DNA of 64,000 bases. Source: Deltaproteobacteria bacterium (lineage in GTDB: Bacteria > Myxococcota_A > Polyangia > Fen-1088). The position numbers and the translations under genes are program-made. This document shows positions 1-8,901 of this stretch, piece after piece. The stretch spans positions 96,001 through 160,000 of the forward strand of contig JANRKS010000016.1 of the NCBI GenBank assembly GCA_033763315.1. Direction: 5' to 3'. Numbering within the stretch: the first letter of the stretch is position 1; each line of letters opens with the position of its first letter. The notes below the pieces were generated by a model, which made no database searches, was not told the origin of the DNA, and worked only from the letters and a program-made list of their open reading frames with translations.

Positions 1-1
1 C

Positions 2-970
2 GCGCGGACCCATAACCTGAAGAACATTTCGGTGAAGATTCCGCTAGGATCGTTTACGTGCGTGACGGGTGTTTCTGGGTCGGGCAAAAGCAGCCTGATC
101 ATCGACACGCTTCTGCCGGCGCTCAAAGCGGCGCTTTATAAATCGAAGCCACCTGCGGTGCCATACGACGGCCTCGAAGGCCTGGTGCACGTGGATCGCG
201 TGATCGACATTGATCAAAGCCCGATCGGCCGCACGCCGCGTTCGAACCCGGCCACTTACACGGGTTTGTTTGGCTTTATTCGCGAGTTGTTTGCGGAGCT
301 ACCAGAATCAAAAGCCCGTGGCTATAAGTCGGGGCGCTATTCCTTCAACATCAAAGGCGGCCGCTGCGAAACGTGCCAAGGCGATGGCATCATCCGCATC
401 GAAATGCACTTTCTGCCCGATGTGTATGTGCAGTGCGATGCGTGCCAAGGCCGCCGCTATAACCGCGAAACGTTGGACATCAAGTACCGCAACGCCTCGA
501 TCGCAGACGTGCTTGATATGACTGTGGCGCAAGCGTGCCCCTTCCTTGAGAACATTCCGAAGATCAGGCAAAAGCTTGAGACGTTGCGCGAAGTGGGCCT
601 GGGCTATATCAAGCTTGGCCAGGCGGCCAACACACTCTCGGGCGGCGAGGCCCAGCGCATGAAGCTGGCGAAAGAGCTGGCCAAGAAATCGACGGGCAGC
701 ACCGTTTACATCTTGGATGAACCCACCACAGGTTTGCATTTGGCCGACATCGATCAACTGCTAGGCGTACTGCAACGTTTGGTGGACGCGGGCAACACGG
801 TGGTGGTGATCGAACACGATCTGAACGTTATCAAAACGGCGGACTGGGTGATCGACATGGGCCCCGAAGGCGGGCCGAGCGGCGGCCAAGTGGTGGCCGA
901 GGGGACCCCGGAGGATGTGGCGAAAGTGTCAGCGAGTTTGACGGGGCAGTATTTGAAGCGCGTGTTGTGA
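2..970 (+). CDS. uvrA: Excinuclease ABC subunit UvrA, C-terminal part (5' end outside window)
   Basis: Frame open from base 2 (ARTHNLKN..). Walker [25 protein letters not shown], zinc finger CxxC..Cxx[18 protein letters not shown]. Confidence 0.97.
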   Translation, partial: ARTHNLKNISVKIPLGSFTCVTGVSGSGKSSLIIDTLLPALKAALYKSKPPAVPYDGLEGLVHVDRVIDIDQSPIGRTPRSNPATYTGLFGFIRELFAELPESKARGYKSGRYSFNIKGGRCETCQGDGIIRIEMHFLPDVYVQCDACQGRRYNRETLDIKYRNASIADVLDMTVAQACPFLENIPKIRQKLETLREVGLGYIKLGQAANTLSGGEAQRMKLAKELAKKSTGSTVYILDEPTTGLHLADIDQLLGVLQRLVDAGNTVVVIEHDLNVIKTADWVIDMGPEGGPSGGQVVAEGTPEDVAKVSASLTGQYLKRVL

Positions 971-1242
971 GTGCCGTGTGGTGGTGAGTTGCAACAACGT
1001 GTGATGGCGAAGCACTTGTTGGGCATGCTGCTGTGAGCACGACGAGTTTGCCGCCACGATCCTAATCGCGCCCGCTGTGCATTTGGATTCGGTTGTCACG
1101 CCTGCGCGTCTGCACGAATAAATGGCGTTAACTCGAACACCAATATTGGATTCGCCACACTTACGGTTCAGGATTTTAGTTTATCGACACTTCGAACTGA
1201 ACAAGAACGAGCCGATTCGCGACGGGTTTGGGAATGAGGCCG

Positions 1243-1271
1243 CTGCCAAAGTCGACGACATGGGATATCCT
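1243..1271 (+). promoter_or_regulatory. Putative Pc-like cassette promoter
   Basis: CTGCCA (1243-1248), 17-bp spacer, TATCCT (1266-1271), just upstream of the attI-like crossover; sigma70 resemblance only. Confidence 0.3.
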
Positions 1272-1274
1272 GAA

Positions 1275-1294
1275 CGGTACAAAACGAGTTGGCC
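1275..1294 (+). other. attI-like integron recombination site
   Basis: TACAAAACGAGTTGGCC resembles the attI1 simple site (CTAAAACAAAGTTRRRY). GTTGGCC pairs (1 mismatch) with GTCCAAC opening the first attC. No attC hairpin upstream. Confidence 0.55.
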
Positions 1295-1731
1295 AGACAC
1301 GTAACAAAGCCTGGAAGTTACGGCCATGAGCGGGCCGCGATCCAAATCGCGCTTTCTTTCTAAGCCGCTCAGGCAGAACCACACATCTACGAAGGCCACC
1401 TTGGGCAACGTCTGCTCACTGGCCTAACGGGCGTGTCGCACGCGCGAGCTCGGTACCGGTGAATCGTTGATGGTGTTGTGGCGCCGTCGGGCCAAGCACC
1501 TCTCCTTTCGTTGTGGCTCATGCTCGCAACCCGGGATGTACGCGCGGGCTCAGTAGGCGCTGCTCAGTGGTTGGCGACGGGCAACTGCGACTCGATACTC
1601 AACGACACGAAGGGGCACGCGCCGACGCAGGGTTGCTGCGAGTTGCGGCGCTGGCATATTGTCACCAGGCCACCAACACGACGATCGGAAAAGTACCGCG
1701 GCGTTGTCCCATCAGGGGATTCACCTCCGCT
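1289..1731 (+). other. Gene-less cassette 1
   Basis: Between the attI-like site and attC1; no convincing ORF; colinear homologue of cassette 2. Confidence 0.65.
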
Positions 1732-1857
1732 GTCCAACTGATCGTTTCAGCTGACAAAGAGCACAGGCCAACTAAAACCTAGACACGCCCGTGTGGTGCG
1801 AGCCAGAATGCGGTCTTGTGCCTCAGGGCCTTTGCAGCTGAACTGGGCACGTTGTGC
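1732..1857 (+). repeat. attC site 1
   Basis: GTCCAAC-tgatc-GTTTCAGC ... aaacctagacacg ... aatgcggtcttg ... GCTGAAC-tgggcac-GTTGTGC. Confidence 0.88.
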
Positions 1858-2294
1858 AGACACGCGGCTCAGTCTGGGAACAGGCTTGCATGAGCTGGCC
1901 GCGAAACAAATCGCGCGGTCTGTGTCAGTGGCTCAGGCAGAACCACCAAGCTGCGAAGGCTTTCTTGCGCAAGGCGGGTTCACAGGTCTAACGGGGCGTG
2001 CAGGACGCGCGGGCTCGGTACGGGTGCAAGGGCGGTGAAGTGGCAACGCCAGCCGGCCAACAAACGCCCTTGGTGTTGACTCGCCACCGGGCATGCACCA
2101 GTGCACGTTCGAGCTCAGTATGCGGGGGTCAGCGGGCCGCATGTGCCGTCGATGCTGCAAGCTCAACAACAAGAAGGGGCGCGCGGCAACAGGGTATTGC
2201 TGCGCGCAATGGCAGTGGCGCTGTGTGACCCGGCCACCGAGGTCGTGCTCGGGCATGTATCGGACCTCATCGCGCCCGTGTTTGTAGCCCCGCT
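1858..2294 (+). other. Gene-less cassette 2
   Basis: Bounded by GTTGTGC and GCACAAC; homologous to cassette 1 with no shared ORF. Confidence 0.7.
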
Positions 2295-2421
2295 GCACAA
2301 CCGCTCGTTGCATCTGACAAAGCGTGGGCGCCATCTAAAACCTAGACACGTCCGTGGCTTTCCAGCACCATTGGGGTTGTGCACGCTGCTGAGCTTTGCA
2401 GCTGAACTTCACACGTTAGCC
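2295..2421 (+). repeat. attC site 2
   Basis: GCACAAC-cgctc-GTTGCATC ... aaacctagacacg ... GCTGAAC-ttcacac-GTTAGCC. Confidence 0.88.
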
Positions 2422-2432
2422 GGACGAACGAG

Positions 2433-2912
2433 ATGCACGAGATTCAAGTACTGATCGGCGGGAAAGAAACGACGGAGGCGTTTGCGGCAACATGCAGCGA
2501 AGCGCTTCGCCGAGAGCTAACGTCCGAGCTATTTATGATTCCTCTCACCGAGGCGCTGGTTCTCCAAATGACTAGCCAAGCTCTGCGGCTGCCAGACCTA
2601 GAAGATCCTGATGAAGCGAAAGAGCTGGCTAGCGCCCTGCAACCTGTAGTGACGTCACTACTCGATGCAAATTTGGTTGGGCGTCTCGGGGTCGTTCTGA
2701 CTCAGTACTTTGGAGGCTCTGGAAATCAAGCGGCTTTGCTAGTCGAGAATGGAACTGTCAGCCATGGCCCCTTTGTAGGCGAAGGATCGATCAACAGGAT
2801 TCTTGCACGGCTCGGCGTATGCCGCGATGACAAAACCGGGCGCGACGAATTCGCGGTCGTCGGCTTAGACCGATGGCGTTCGAGCGATCAGATCATTGGC
2901 GGCGCCGGCTAA
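2433..2912 (+). CDS. Cassette-encoded hypothetical protein (159 aa)
   Basis: ATG 11 bp after attC2; stop TAA lies inside the GGCTAAC inverse core, as is typical of cassettes. Confidence 0.8.
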   Translation: MHEIQVLIGGKETTEAFAATCSEALRRELTSELFMIPLTEALVLQMTSQALRLPDLEDPDEAKELASALQPVVTSLLDANLVGRLGVVLTQYFGGSGNQAALLVENGTVSHGPFVGEGSINRILARLGVCRDDKTGRDEFAVVGLDRWRSSDQIIGGAG

Positions 2913-3035
2913 CAGATCGTTCCAGCTGACAGTGCCGCGAGCGTCACTTTGAACCTAGACATGGCAGCGGTGTGCGAGCGACAATGCGGTCTTGGTGCCT
3001 TGTTGGGCACCGCAGCTGAACTTTACACGTTAGCC
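2907..3035 (+). repeat. attC site 3
   Basis: GGCTAAC-agatc-GTTCCAGC ... ttgaacctagacatgg ... gcgagcgacaatgcggtcttgg ... GCTGAAC-tttacac-GTTAGCC. Confidence 0.92.
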
Positions 3036-3047
3036 GGACGGAGAACT

Positions 3048-3893
3048 ATGGACCCAGCTACAGGTCTCACAATTTTAGGAGGAGCCGTTGGATCGGCGAA
3101 GGTGCTCGAGAAGCTGCTTGGTCCAACAGCGGACTATCTTGGCTGCGGGTTCAAGGATTGGACAGAACGCGGATTCAAGAATGTTGGGCGAATTTTCGAA
3201 ATAGCTAAACTTCGCCTCGGCCCGAAGATTGATGACCCCGGAGGAGTTCCGCCGAGAGTGTTGAAGGAAGTTCTCAGCGAGGGGCCCTTCTGCGAGGATG
3301 AACTGTGGGCCGAATACTTTGGAGGGGTTCTAGCCTCGTCGCGCTCCGAAGTTGAGCGCGACGATCGCGGTGCCCGCTTCGCGTCGATAATCAGCCGATT
3401 GAGCACGTACCAAGTTCGTTGCCACTTTGTGCTCTATCGCCTTTTCAAGACGCTCTTTGACGGCGTCGAGGACACAGTGTCAACCGACGACGGACGTCGA
3501 TCCCTAGAAATGTTCGTACCGTTTGCGGCATTCGTGTCCGCTATGGAGCTGACAGGAGCAGAGAAGATCGATATCATTCTCAGCCACACAATAGTTGGGC
3601 TGGCTGGCGAGTCGCTCCTTGACCCCCAATACAAATTTGGTGGTGCCGAGTTCATCAAGACGAACGGTTTTCCGGGTGCGGCCCAGGATGGGATGCTCGT
3701 CCGCCCCTCGACGTTGGGGGCCGAACTCTTCCACTGGGCCCATGGACTCGGCAACGTTCATACCGGTAAATTTCTAGACCCGGCATGTACGTTTCCTTCG
3801 ACGATCATCGTGACTGTAATGCCCGGCGTATGCGCTTCACAGAGGCCGGACCGCAAATTGGATCAGCTGGTTAAGCCAAGTGGGCCCGCATGA
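3048..3893 (+). CDS. Cassette protein, Abi-alpha/DUF4393-like (tentative)
   Basis: True start MDPATGL after GGAG RBS. Segment PPRVLKEVL..EDELWAEYFGGVLASS..FASIISRLS parallels the Abi-alpha core by eye. Confidence 0.6.
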   Translation: MDPATGLTILGGAVGSAKVLEKLLGPTADYLGCGFKDWTERGFKNVGRIFEIAKLRLGPKIDDPGGVPPRVLKEVLSEGPFCEDELWAEYFGGVLASSRSEVERDDRGARFASIISRLSTYQVRCHFVLYRLFKTLFDGVEDTVSTDDGRRSLEMFVPFAAFVSAMELTGAEKIDIILSHTIVGLAGESLLDPQYKFGGAEFIKTNGFPGAAQDGMLVRPSTLGAELFHWAHGLGNVHTGKFLDPACTFPSTIIVTVMPGVCASQRPDRKLDQLVKPSGPA

Positions 3894-3905
3894 CCGGAAC
3901 GCGCC

Positions 3906-4035
3906 GGCTAACTCATCGTTCAAGTCTGACAGCGCCACGGACGCCATCTTGATCCTAGACACGTTAGTGGCTCGCGATCGACAATGCGGTCTTGCGGCGT
4001 TAGTAGGCGCTGCAGCTTAACTTTACACGTTAGAC
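3906..4035 (+). repeat. attC site 4
   Basis: GGCTAAC-tcatc-GTTCAAGT ... tgatcctagacacg ... cgacaatgcggtcttg ... GCTTAAC-tttacac-GTTAGAC. Confidence 0.92.
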
Positions 4036-4269
4036 GCACGGAGAGCTATGGACCCAGCAACAGGCCTAACAATTCTTGGTAGCGCAATCGGATCTGCGAA
4101 GGTGCTCGAAAAGTTGCTCGGTCCTACGGCGGATTATCTCGGCGCCGGACTTAAGGATTGGACGGAACGCAGCTTCAAGAATGTCGGCCGTATCGTTGAG
4201 AGAGCTAAGTTTCGGCTTGGCCCAAAGATAGATGAGCCTGGGCTTGACCCGTTTTCGCGGACAGTTGGG

Positions 4270-4739
4270 TTAAGCGGATCGTTTCTTCAAAGAATGTAGC
4301 AGCTCAAACTCGACGGGCGTTCGGTAGTTGATGGAAGAGTGACGCCGACGATAATTGTAGTTCGCGATGAATTGTTTCGCTGACAGTGTGCCAATGGCCG
4401 GCGTTTCGAGCGTGTCCGCATTGTGCATTTCCCGCTTGAGCGTGGCAAAGAAACTTTCTGCGACGGCATTGTCCCAGCAGTCGCCCTTGCGGCTCATACT
4501 GCACTCGATAGCTCCCTCACGTAGTGCCCTGCGGTAAGCATCGGCAGTGTACGTGCTGCCGCGGTCCGAGTGATGTACAAGGCCCGGCCCAGGCCTGCGT
4601 GATTGTATAGCCATTTCAAGAGCTGCGAGGGCAAGGTTGCAGTCCACGGTTTGGCTTGTCGCCCAGCCAACAATCCGCCGCGAAAACAGGTCCAAGATGA
4701 CTGCGAGATAAAGCCATCCCTGGGTTGTGTGTAGATAGG
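4270..4739 (-). CDS. IS3 transposase OrfB, 3' exon (DDE domain)
   Basis: (T)YLHTTQGWLYLAVILDLFSRRIVGW, HHSDRGSTY, DCWDNAVAESFFATLK. Confidence 0.93.
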
Positions 4740-6590
4740 GGTAAGTAGGCCGGGGCATTTCAGCCCCAGCCCCTCTCAGAACCGGACGTGAACCTCTCGG
4801 CTCATCCGGCTCCCATCATCGAACCGCCGGGATAGATCCCACGTTCCCAATGTACGAAGGATTTCGGAGCGACTGCGGCAATTCGCCCAAGCTCCTTAAT
4901 TGCTCGGCGTACGTGCCGAGCGAGGTGCTTGTACTTTCGCCGAAGCCACCGCACAAGGTATTCATTGACGTGCCGCCACAATGGCTTCAACGCCGACGCG
5001 TAGAACCGACCGTAGTAGTTAGCCCATCCACGAAGGATGGGATTAAACATGTTTGAGAGATCGTCCAGGGACTTGTCGCACTTCAGTTGAAGATGCCATC
5101 CGCGAATTTCTCGCCGCATCGCGCGGAGCGCATCACGGCTCACCCCGGGAGAAAAATTCACGTATAGACGGCCATACCTGTCCCGCGATCTTCGCGGGCG
5201 AAATGTATAACCGAGAAACGTGAATTGTATCGTTGGATATGCGCTCTGCCGATTGATGTCTTTGCAGTACGCTATCCGCGTTTTCTCTGGATGCAGTTCG
5301 AGTCCGCATTCCTTTAAGCGCTCTCCGATCATCCGCAACGCAAGCCGCGCCTGCTCTTCGCTCTTGCAGTGGACAACGCCGTCGTCTGCGTATCGGCAAA
5401 GTTGCACGCTTCGCAGCTCTCGGCGCATCCAAATATCAAGCGCGTAATGCAGAAACAGATTCGCAAGCAACGGGCTGACGACACCCCCTTGTGGGGTCCC
5501 TCGTGTGCGCGCCACCTGCGTTCCATCCTCGATCACCATCGGTGCCTTAAGCCATCTCTCGATGTACAAAAGGACCCAAGGTGTCTTGCAATGCTTGCGA
5601 ACGGCCCGGAGAAGCAGTTCGTGATCAATTGTGTCGAATAGGGCTTTGACGTCAAACTCGACGACCCAGTCATATTTCCAACTTCGCCGCCTAACCATTT
5701 TGATCGCATCCAAGGCAGAGCGCCCCGGACGGTACCCAAACGAATTGTCGTCGAAAATCGGCTCGAGCATTGGCTCAAGGACCATCTTGACCGCGGTTTG
5801 TGCGATCCGATCTGCAACCGTTGGTATCCCCAACATCCGCGTTCCACCCGTTCGTTTTGGGATCGACACGCTCTTAACCGGCGGCGGAAAGTAGCTGCCG
5901 GAGATCATGCGGTTCCAAATCTTATACAGGTTGTCACTTAGGTTTCTCTCAAATACTTCGATCGATTCGCCGTCTACCCCGGCAGATCCTCCTTTGGCCT
6001 TCACCGTCTGGAATGCCTTCCAGATCAGTTGTTTGGGAATTTCAAACGGCTTTGTCATGAGCCGACGCTCCTCCTGCTTGCGCAGTTGACGGCGGTGCAT
6101 GACGCGATGACGCGACCCCTTCGCTCCATCACCATTACAGTGACTTCCTCACTACTACGAGTCGCTCCGTCCCTTGGCTGCACATCAGTACTGTCGGCCT
6201 TGCGTTTTGCGCTTGTACCTTTCCCTTTACATTGCAGCCGAAGGTTCCTGCAGTTCAACATAGGAGCCCGAATCGCGCTGGCGCTGTCTCTATGCCGGAC
6301 GCCGCATGGCCAATAGACAGGCTCCCGCCATGCTGATCCTGGGCAACATCAACTCCCAGTTTCGACGTCATTTGGTTATTTCGACAATTGGACGACAGTT
6401 CACTTTTGTTCGCCTTCTTCGATTCACACCTGACGCCTTACGACGCCTTTTCCGCAACGCTCACGACCGGGGCTTTTGACCCAGGCCGCTTGCGGTGGTT
6501 TGCGACCTGCTCCTGTAAGCCGGTCGCGAGGGGCCAGTTAGATTTTTTTTTCTTACATCCCTCATCTCCTACGCTGCTTCTGCAGCACAC
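4740..6590 (-). mobile_element. Group II intron (class D/IIB3, RmInt1-like), 1851 nt
   Basis: 5' end GTGTGCTGCAGA. Domain V GAGCCGGATGAGCCGAGAGGTTCACGTCCGGTTC. 3' end CCTACTTACC. Removal restores OrfB WVTDI-T-YL in frame. Confidence 0.92.
4802..6058 (-). CDS. ltrA: Group II intron reverse transcriptase/maturase, no endonuclease domain
   Basis: GSAGVDG, LGIPTVADRIAQ, SFGYRPGRS, GTPQGGVVSPLLANLFLH, RYADD, FTFLG, X domain NPILRGWANYY. Confidence 0.95.
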   Translation of the reverse strand: MTKPFEIPKQLIWKAFQTVKAKGGSAGVDGESIEVFERNLSDNLYKIWNRMISGSYFPPPVKSVSIPKRTGGTRMLGIPTVADRIAQTAVKMVLEPMLEPIFDDNSFGYRPGRSALDAIKMVRRRSWKYDWVVEFDVKALFDTIDHELLLRAVRKHCKTPWVLLYIERWLKAPMVIEDGTQVARTRGTPQGGVVSPLLANLFLHYALDIWMRRELRSVQLCRYADDGVVHCKSEEQARLALRMIGERLKECGLELHPEKTRIAYCKDINRQSAYPTIQFTFLGYTFRPRRSRDRYGRLYVNFSPGVSRDALRAMRREIRGWHLQLKCDKSLDDLSNMFNPILRGWANYYGRFYASALKPLWRHVNEYLVRWLRRKYKHLARHVRRAIKELGRIAAVAPKSFVHWERGIYPGGSMMGAG

Positions 6591-6993
6591 TGATGTCCGT
6601 GACCCAGGCCCTGTTGGGACCCGCGGCTGTAAAGTCCCTCTGCAGAAGGTTGGGGGCGATAGGGTGCCCGTGTTTGGAATCTGTGGTCGCCTTGAATCGG
6701 CGTCGAGTGAGTGCTTTGAGCCCGGTTTGTCGCATCAATCGTGCGACGCGCTTACGTGCGACCCGTTGTCCGCTCGCCTTAAGGTCCGCGTGAATTCTAG
6801 GGCTTCCGTAGTTGTAACCGCTGGCCACATGCAGCGCATGAATGCGTCGCGCGAGTTCGGCATCACCTTTTGAGTGACGTGATTCTTTGCGCTGCACGCT
6901 CGCATAAAAGCCACTCGTCGAAACGCCCAGAAGCCTACAAAGCGCCGCCACGGGAAAGGCCACCCTCTGCTCTTGGATGAATGCAAACTTCAT
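6591..6993 (-). CDS. IS3 transposase OrfB, 5' exon
   Basis: LCRLLGVSTSGFY, YGSPRIHADL, KRVARLMR, PNLLQRDF..PNRAWVTDI; ATGA overlap with orfA. Confidence 0.93.
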
Positions 6994-7298
6994 GCATTCT
7001 CCTTCGCGAAGAAGGTGGCCGCACGTTTTAAAATCTCACGCTCCATGCGCAGTGTCTTGACCTCGCGGCGCAGGTGCGAAAGCTCTTCCTTCTCTGATGC
7101 TGTTAAGGCAACTGGTGTGTCCGCGCCCTGAGCGCCGCCGCTTTGCCTAAGCCACTTGCGTATGAGGCTGTCGGCGACATCGAGTTCTCGGGATGCCTCC
7201 GGAACCGTTTTGGCCCCGCTCTGTATCAATTGCACCACCTCCGCCTTGAACTGCCGCCCATGCGTGCGCCGCGGTTTTACTGCCTTCGATTTCCTCAT
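6990..7298 (-). CDS. IS3 transposase OrfA (HTH)
   Basis: FKAEVV..SRELDV..IRKW, leucine zipper LRREVKTLRMEREILKRAATFFAKE. Confidence 0.93.
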   Translation of the reverse strand: MRKSKAVKPRRTHGRQFKAEVVQLIQSGAKTVPEASRELDVADSLIRKWLRQSGGAQGADTPVALTASEKEELSHLRREVKTLRMEREILKRAATFFAKENA

Positions 7299-7988
7299 AT
7301 GGATACCTTTCTACGCTCTTTTCTCTGAGCGTGGGTGTCCACGAAAGCGGGTCAACCTCAGCCTGGGGGAATCCCTCCTCGAGTTGTCCACAAACTTCTT
7401 ACGGAAGGTCCTTTCATCGAGGACGAGGTTGGGGCTGAGTATTTCGGGGGAGTGCTCGCGTCCTCTAGGTCGGAATCATTTCGAGACGACCGCGCCAATT
7501 ATTACCTAGGGCAGATTAGCCGACTTTCATGCTACCAGTTGCGGGCACACTACGTCTTCTACGCCTGCTTCCAGCGCATTTATCTCGGGATCAAGCGGGA
7601 CCTTGGAAACTCGGATCACACAAGTCACGCTTACGTTTTCATTTCCATGTCTGCATTCTCAACCGCGATGAAATTCACCGAGAAAGAGGATCCCGCCAAA
7701 ATCATCGGCCATATCCTGTTTGGTCTCCACCGCGAAGGACTGATTTCGGCGTATGCGTCCGGAAACAAAGAAACAGTGGTTGGCATTGCAAGCACCGCAG
7801 CTTCTGATGGTGTCGCCTTTGTGTTAACGCCTGGAGGTGTTGAACTCTTTCTGTGGGCACACGGGCTGCAAGACTCGGATCTGAACGACATCATCACTGC
7901 CGATTCCCCTTTCGAACCGTTCGACGACGTACAGCTCCCGCCGCCCACTGAGTACTACGGTCCGAGCGGGCCGAATTCGCGAGGCGGC

Positions 7989-8117
7989 GCCTAACTATGC
8001 GTTCAAGCTGCCAAAGCTGCGGAGGTCACCTTGAACCTAGACACGGCAACGCTATGCCAGCAAAAATGCGGTCTTGCGCGTTTGTGAGCTTTGCAGCTTA
8101 ACGGCGCCACGTTAGTC
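7989..8117 (+). repeat. attC site 5
   Basis: GCCTAAC-tatgc-GTTCAAGC ... ttgaacctagacacg ... aatgcggtcttg ... GCTTAAC-ggcgccac-GTTAGTC. Confidence 0.92.
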
Positions 8118-8131
8118 AGACACGGAAGCAA

Positions 8132-8734
8132 ATGCACCCAGACACGAGAGAAGTTGCTGAGCATATGCGGGAATTTGGACTCAATGTGATCGCGCGGGCG
8201 ATTTACGATGTGACCTTTGCGGAGTTCAGTAGGCCATTCGCCCACGCTTTGGCTGTGATACATGCCGCACACGGTGCCGAGATTGTTCTGAAGGCGCGGA
8301 TTGCTGAGGAGCACCCGCTTCTCATATTCAAGAAACTTCCACAGTCATCTTCAACGGAAGAATCACTGACGATTGCGGAGCTTTTTGAGTTTGGCCGAAG
8401 TGTTGACTACGACGACCTTCCGGAACTGCTTTGGGCGACCACAGGCATTCGAATCGAAAGAAGGGACAGGTACCAGGAGTTCGGCCGCTTGCGAAACAAG
8501 ATCATGCATTTTGCCGTTCCGGAGATGGATCATTCTCACGAGGTACTGTCATTCTGTATTGAGGTCCTTGAGCCATTGGTTTTTGCGTTCTGGCAAGAGT
8601 CTGCGGTGCCACTTGCGGCCCACTGGGACGAAGTGATTCTGTCGGATGGCTATCTCGACGACCAGCTAACCGCCCACGTAATTGACGTTCCGCTGCACGT
8701 TCGACAAATCCTCGACGAAGCCAAAGAATCGTAG
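8132..8734 (+). CDS. Cassette protein with HEPN-like signature
   Basis: AHGAEIVLKARI..HPLLIF and an Rx4H motif RNKIMH. Confidence 0.65.
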   Translation: MHPDTREVAEHMREFGLNVIARAIYDVTFAEFSRPFAHALAVIHAAHGAEIVLKARIAEEHPLLIFKKLPQSSSTEESLTIAELFEFGRSVDYDDLPELLWATTGIRIERRDRYQEFGRLRNKIMHFAVPEMDHSHEVLSFCIEVLEPLVFAFWQESAVPLAAHWDEVILSDGYLDDQLTAHVIDVPLHVRQILDEAKES

Positions 8735-8744
8735 GGCGTCTGCT

Positions 8745-8874
8745 GGCTAACCGGGCCTTGAAGACAGACAAAGCGCGGAGCACACTTTGAACCTACACAT
8801 GGCAGCGTGATGCGAGCGACAATGGTGTCTCGGCCATTGATGAGCTTTGCGGGTTAACGCCAAGCACGTTAGCC
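8745..8874 (+). repeat. attC site 6
   Basis: GGCTAAC ... ctttgaacctacacatgg ... gcgagcgacaatgg ... GGTTAAC-gccaagcac-GTTAGCC. Confidence 0.88.
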
Positions 8875-8901
8875 GTACTGTGGCCTCTGTCAGGAGCTGA
8901 T

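Larger units (their letters stand above)
4239..7360 (-). mobile_element. IS3-family insertion sequence (1271 bp excluding the intron)
   Basis: Imperfect 25-bp terminal IRs TGGGCTTGACCCGTTTTCGCGGACA / TGAGGTTGACCCGCTTTCGTGGACA, TG..CA ends, 3-bp GCC target duplication (4236-4238, 7361-7363), orfA plus orfB. Confidence 0.95.
4048..7994 (+). pseudogene. Paralogue of the 3048-3893 cassette gene, interrupted by IS3
   Basis: N-terminus MDPATGLTILG..KIDE (4048-4238) rejoins in frame with PGGIPPRV..EYFGGVLASS (7364-7994) once the IS and one GCC copy are removed. Confidence 0.9.

Noticed and set aside
971-1274. Integron integrase gene or remnant upstream of the attI-like site
   Set aside because: Only ~300 bp is available, and none of the short ORFs show tyrosine-recombinase motifs.
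1156-1285. Myxococcus-type LexA box (GTTCAGG at 1166-1172; CCTGAAC at 1269-1275)
   Set aside because: Only the half-site matches; the rest of the consensus does not, so SOS control cannot be claimed.
1478-2454. Short ORFs called in cassettes 1 and 2
   Set aside because: None is conserved between the two homologous cassettes, and several run through attC sites.
2949-3047. N-terminal extensions of cassette ORFs (also 11622, 15070, 16624)
   Set aside because: They translate attC sequence; the real starts lie downstream of the GTTRRRY site.
4802-6058. Reverse transcriptase as a retron, DGR or IIC-attC intron
   Set aside because: Clear group II domain V/VI and a class D-like protein; inserted in the IS3 orfB, not in an attC; no template/variable repeat pair seen.
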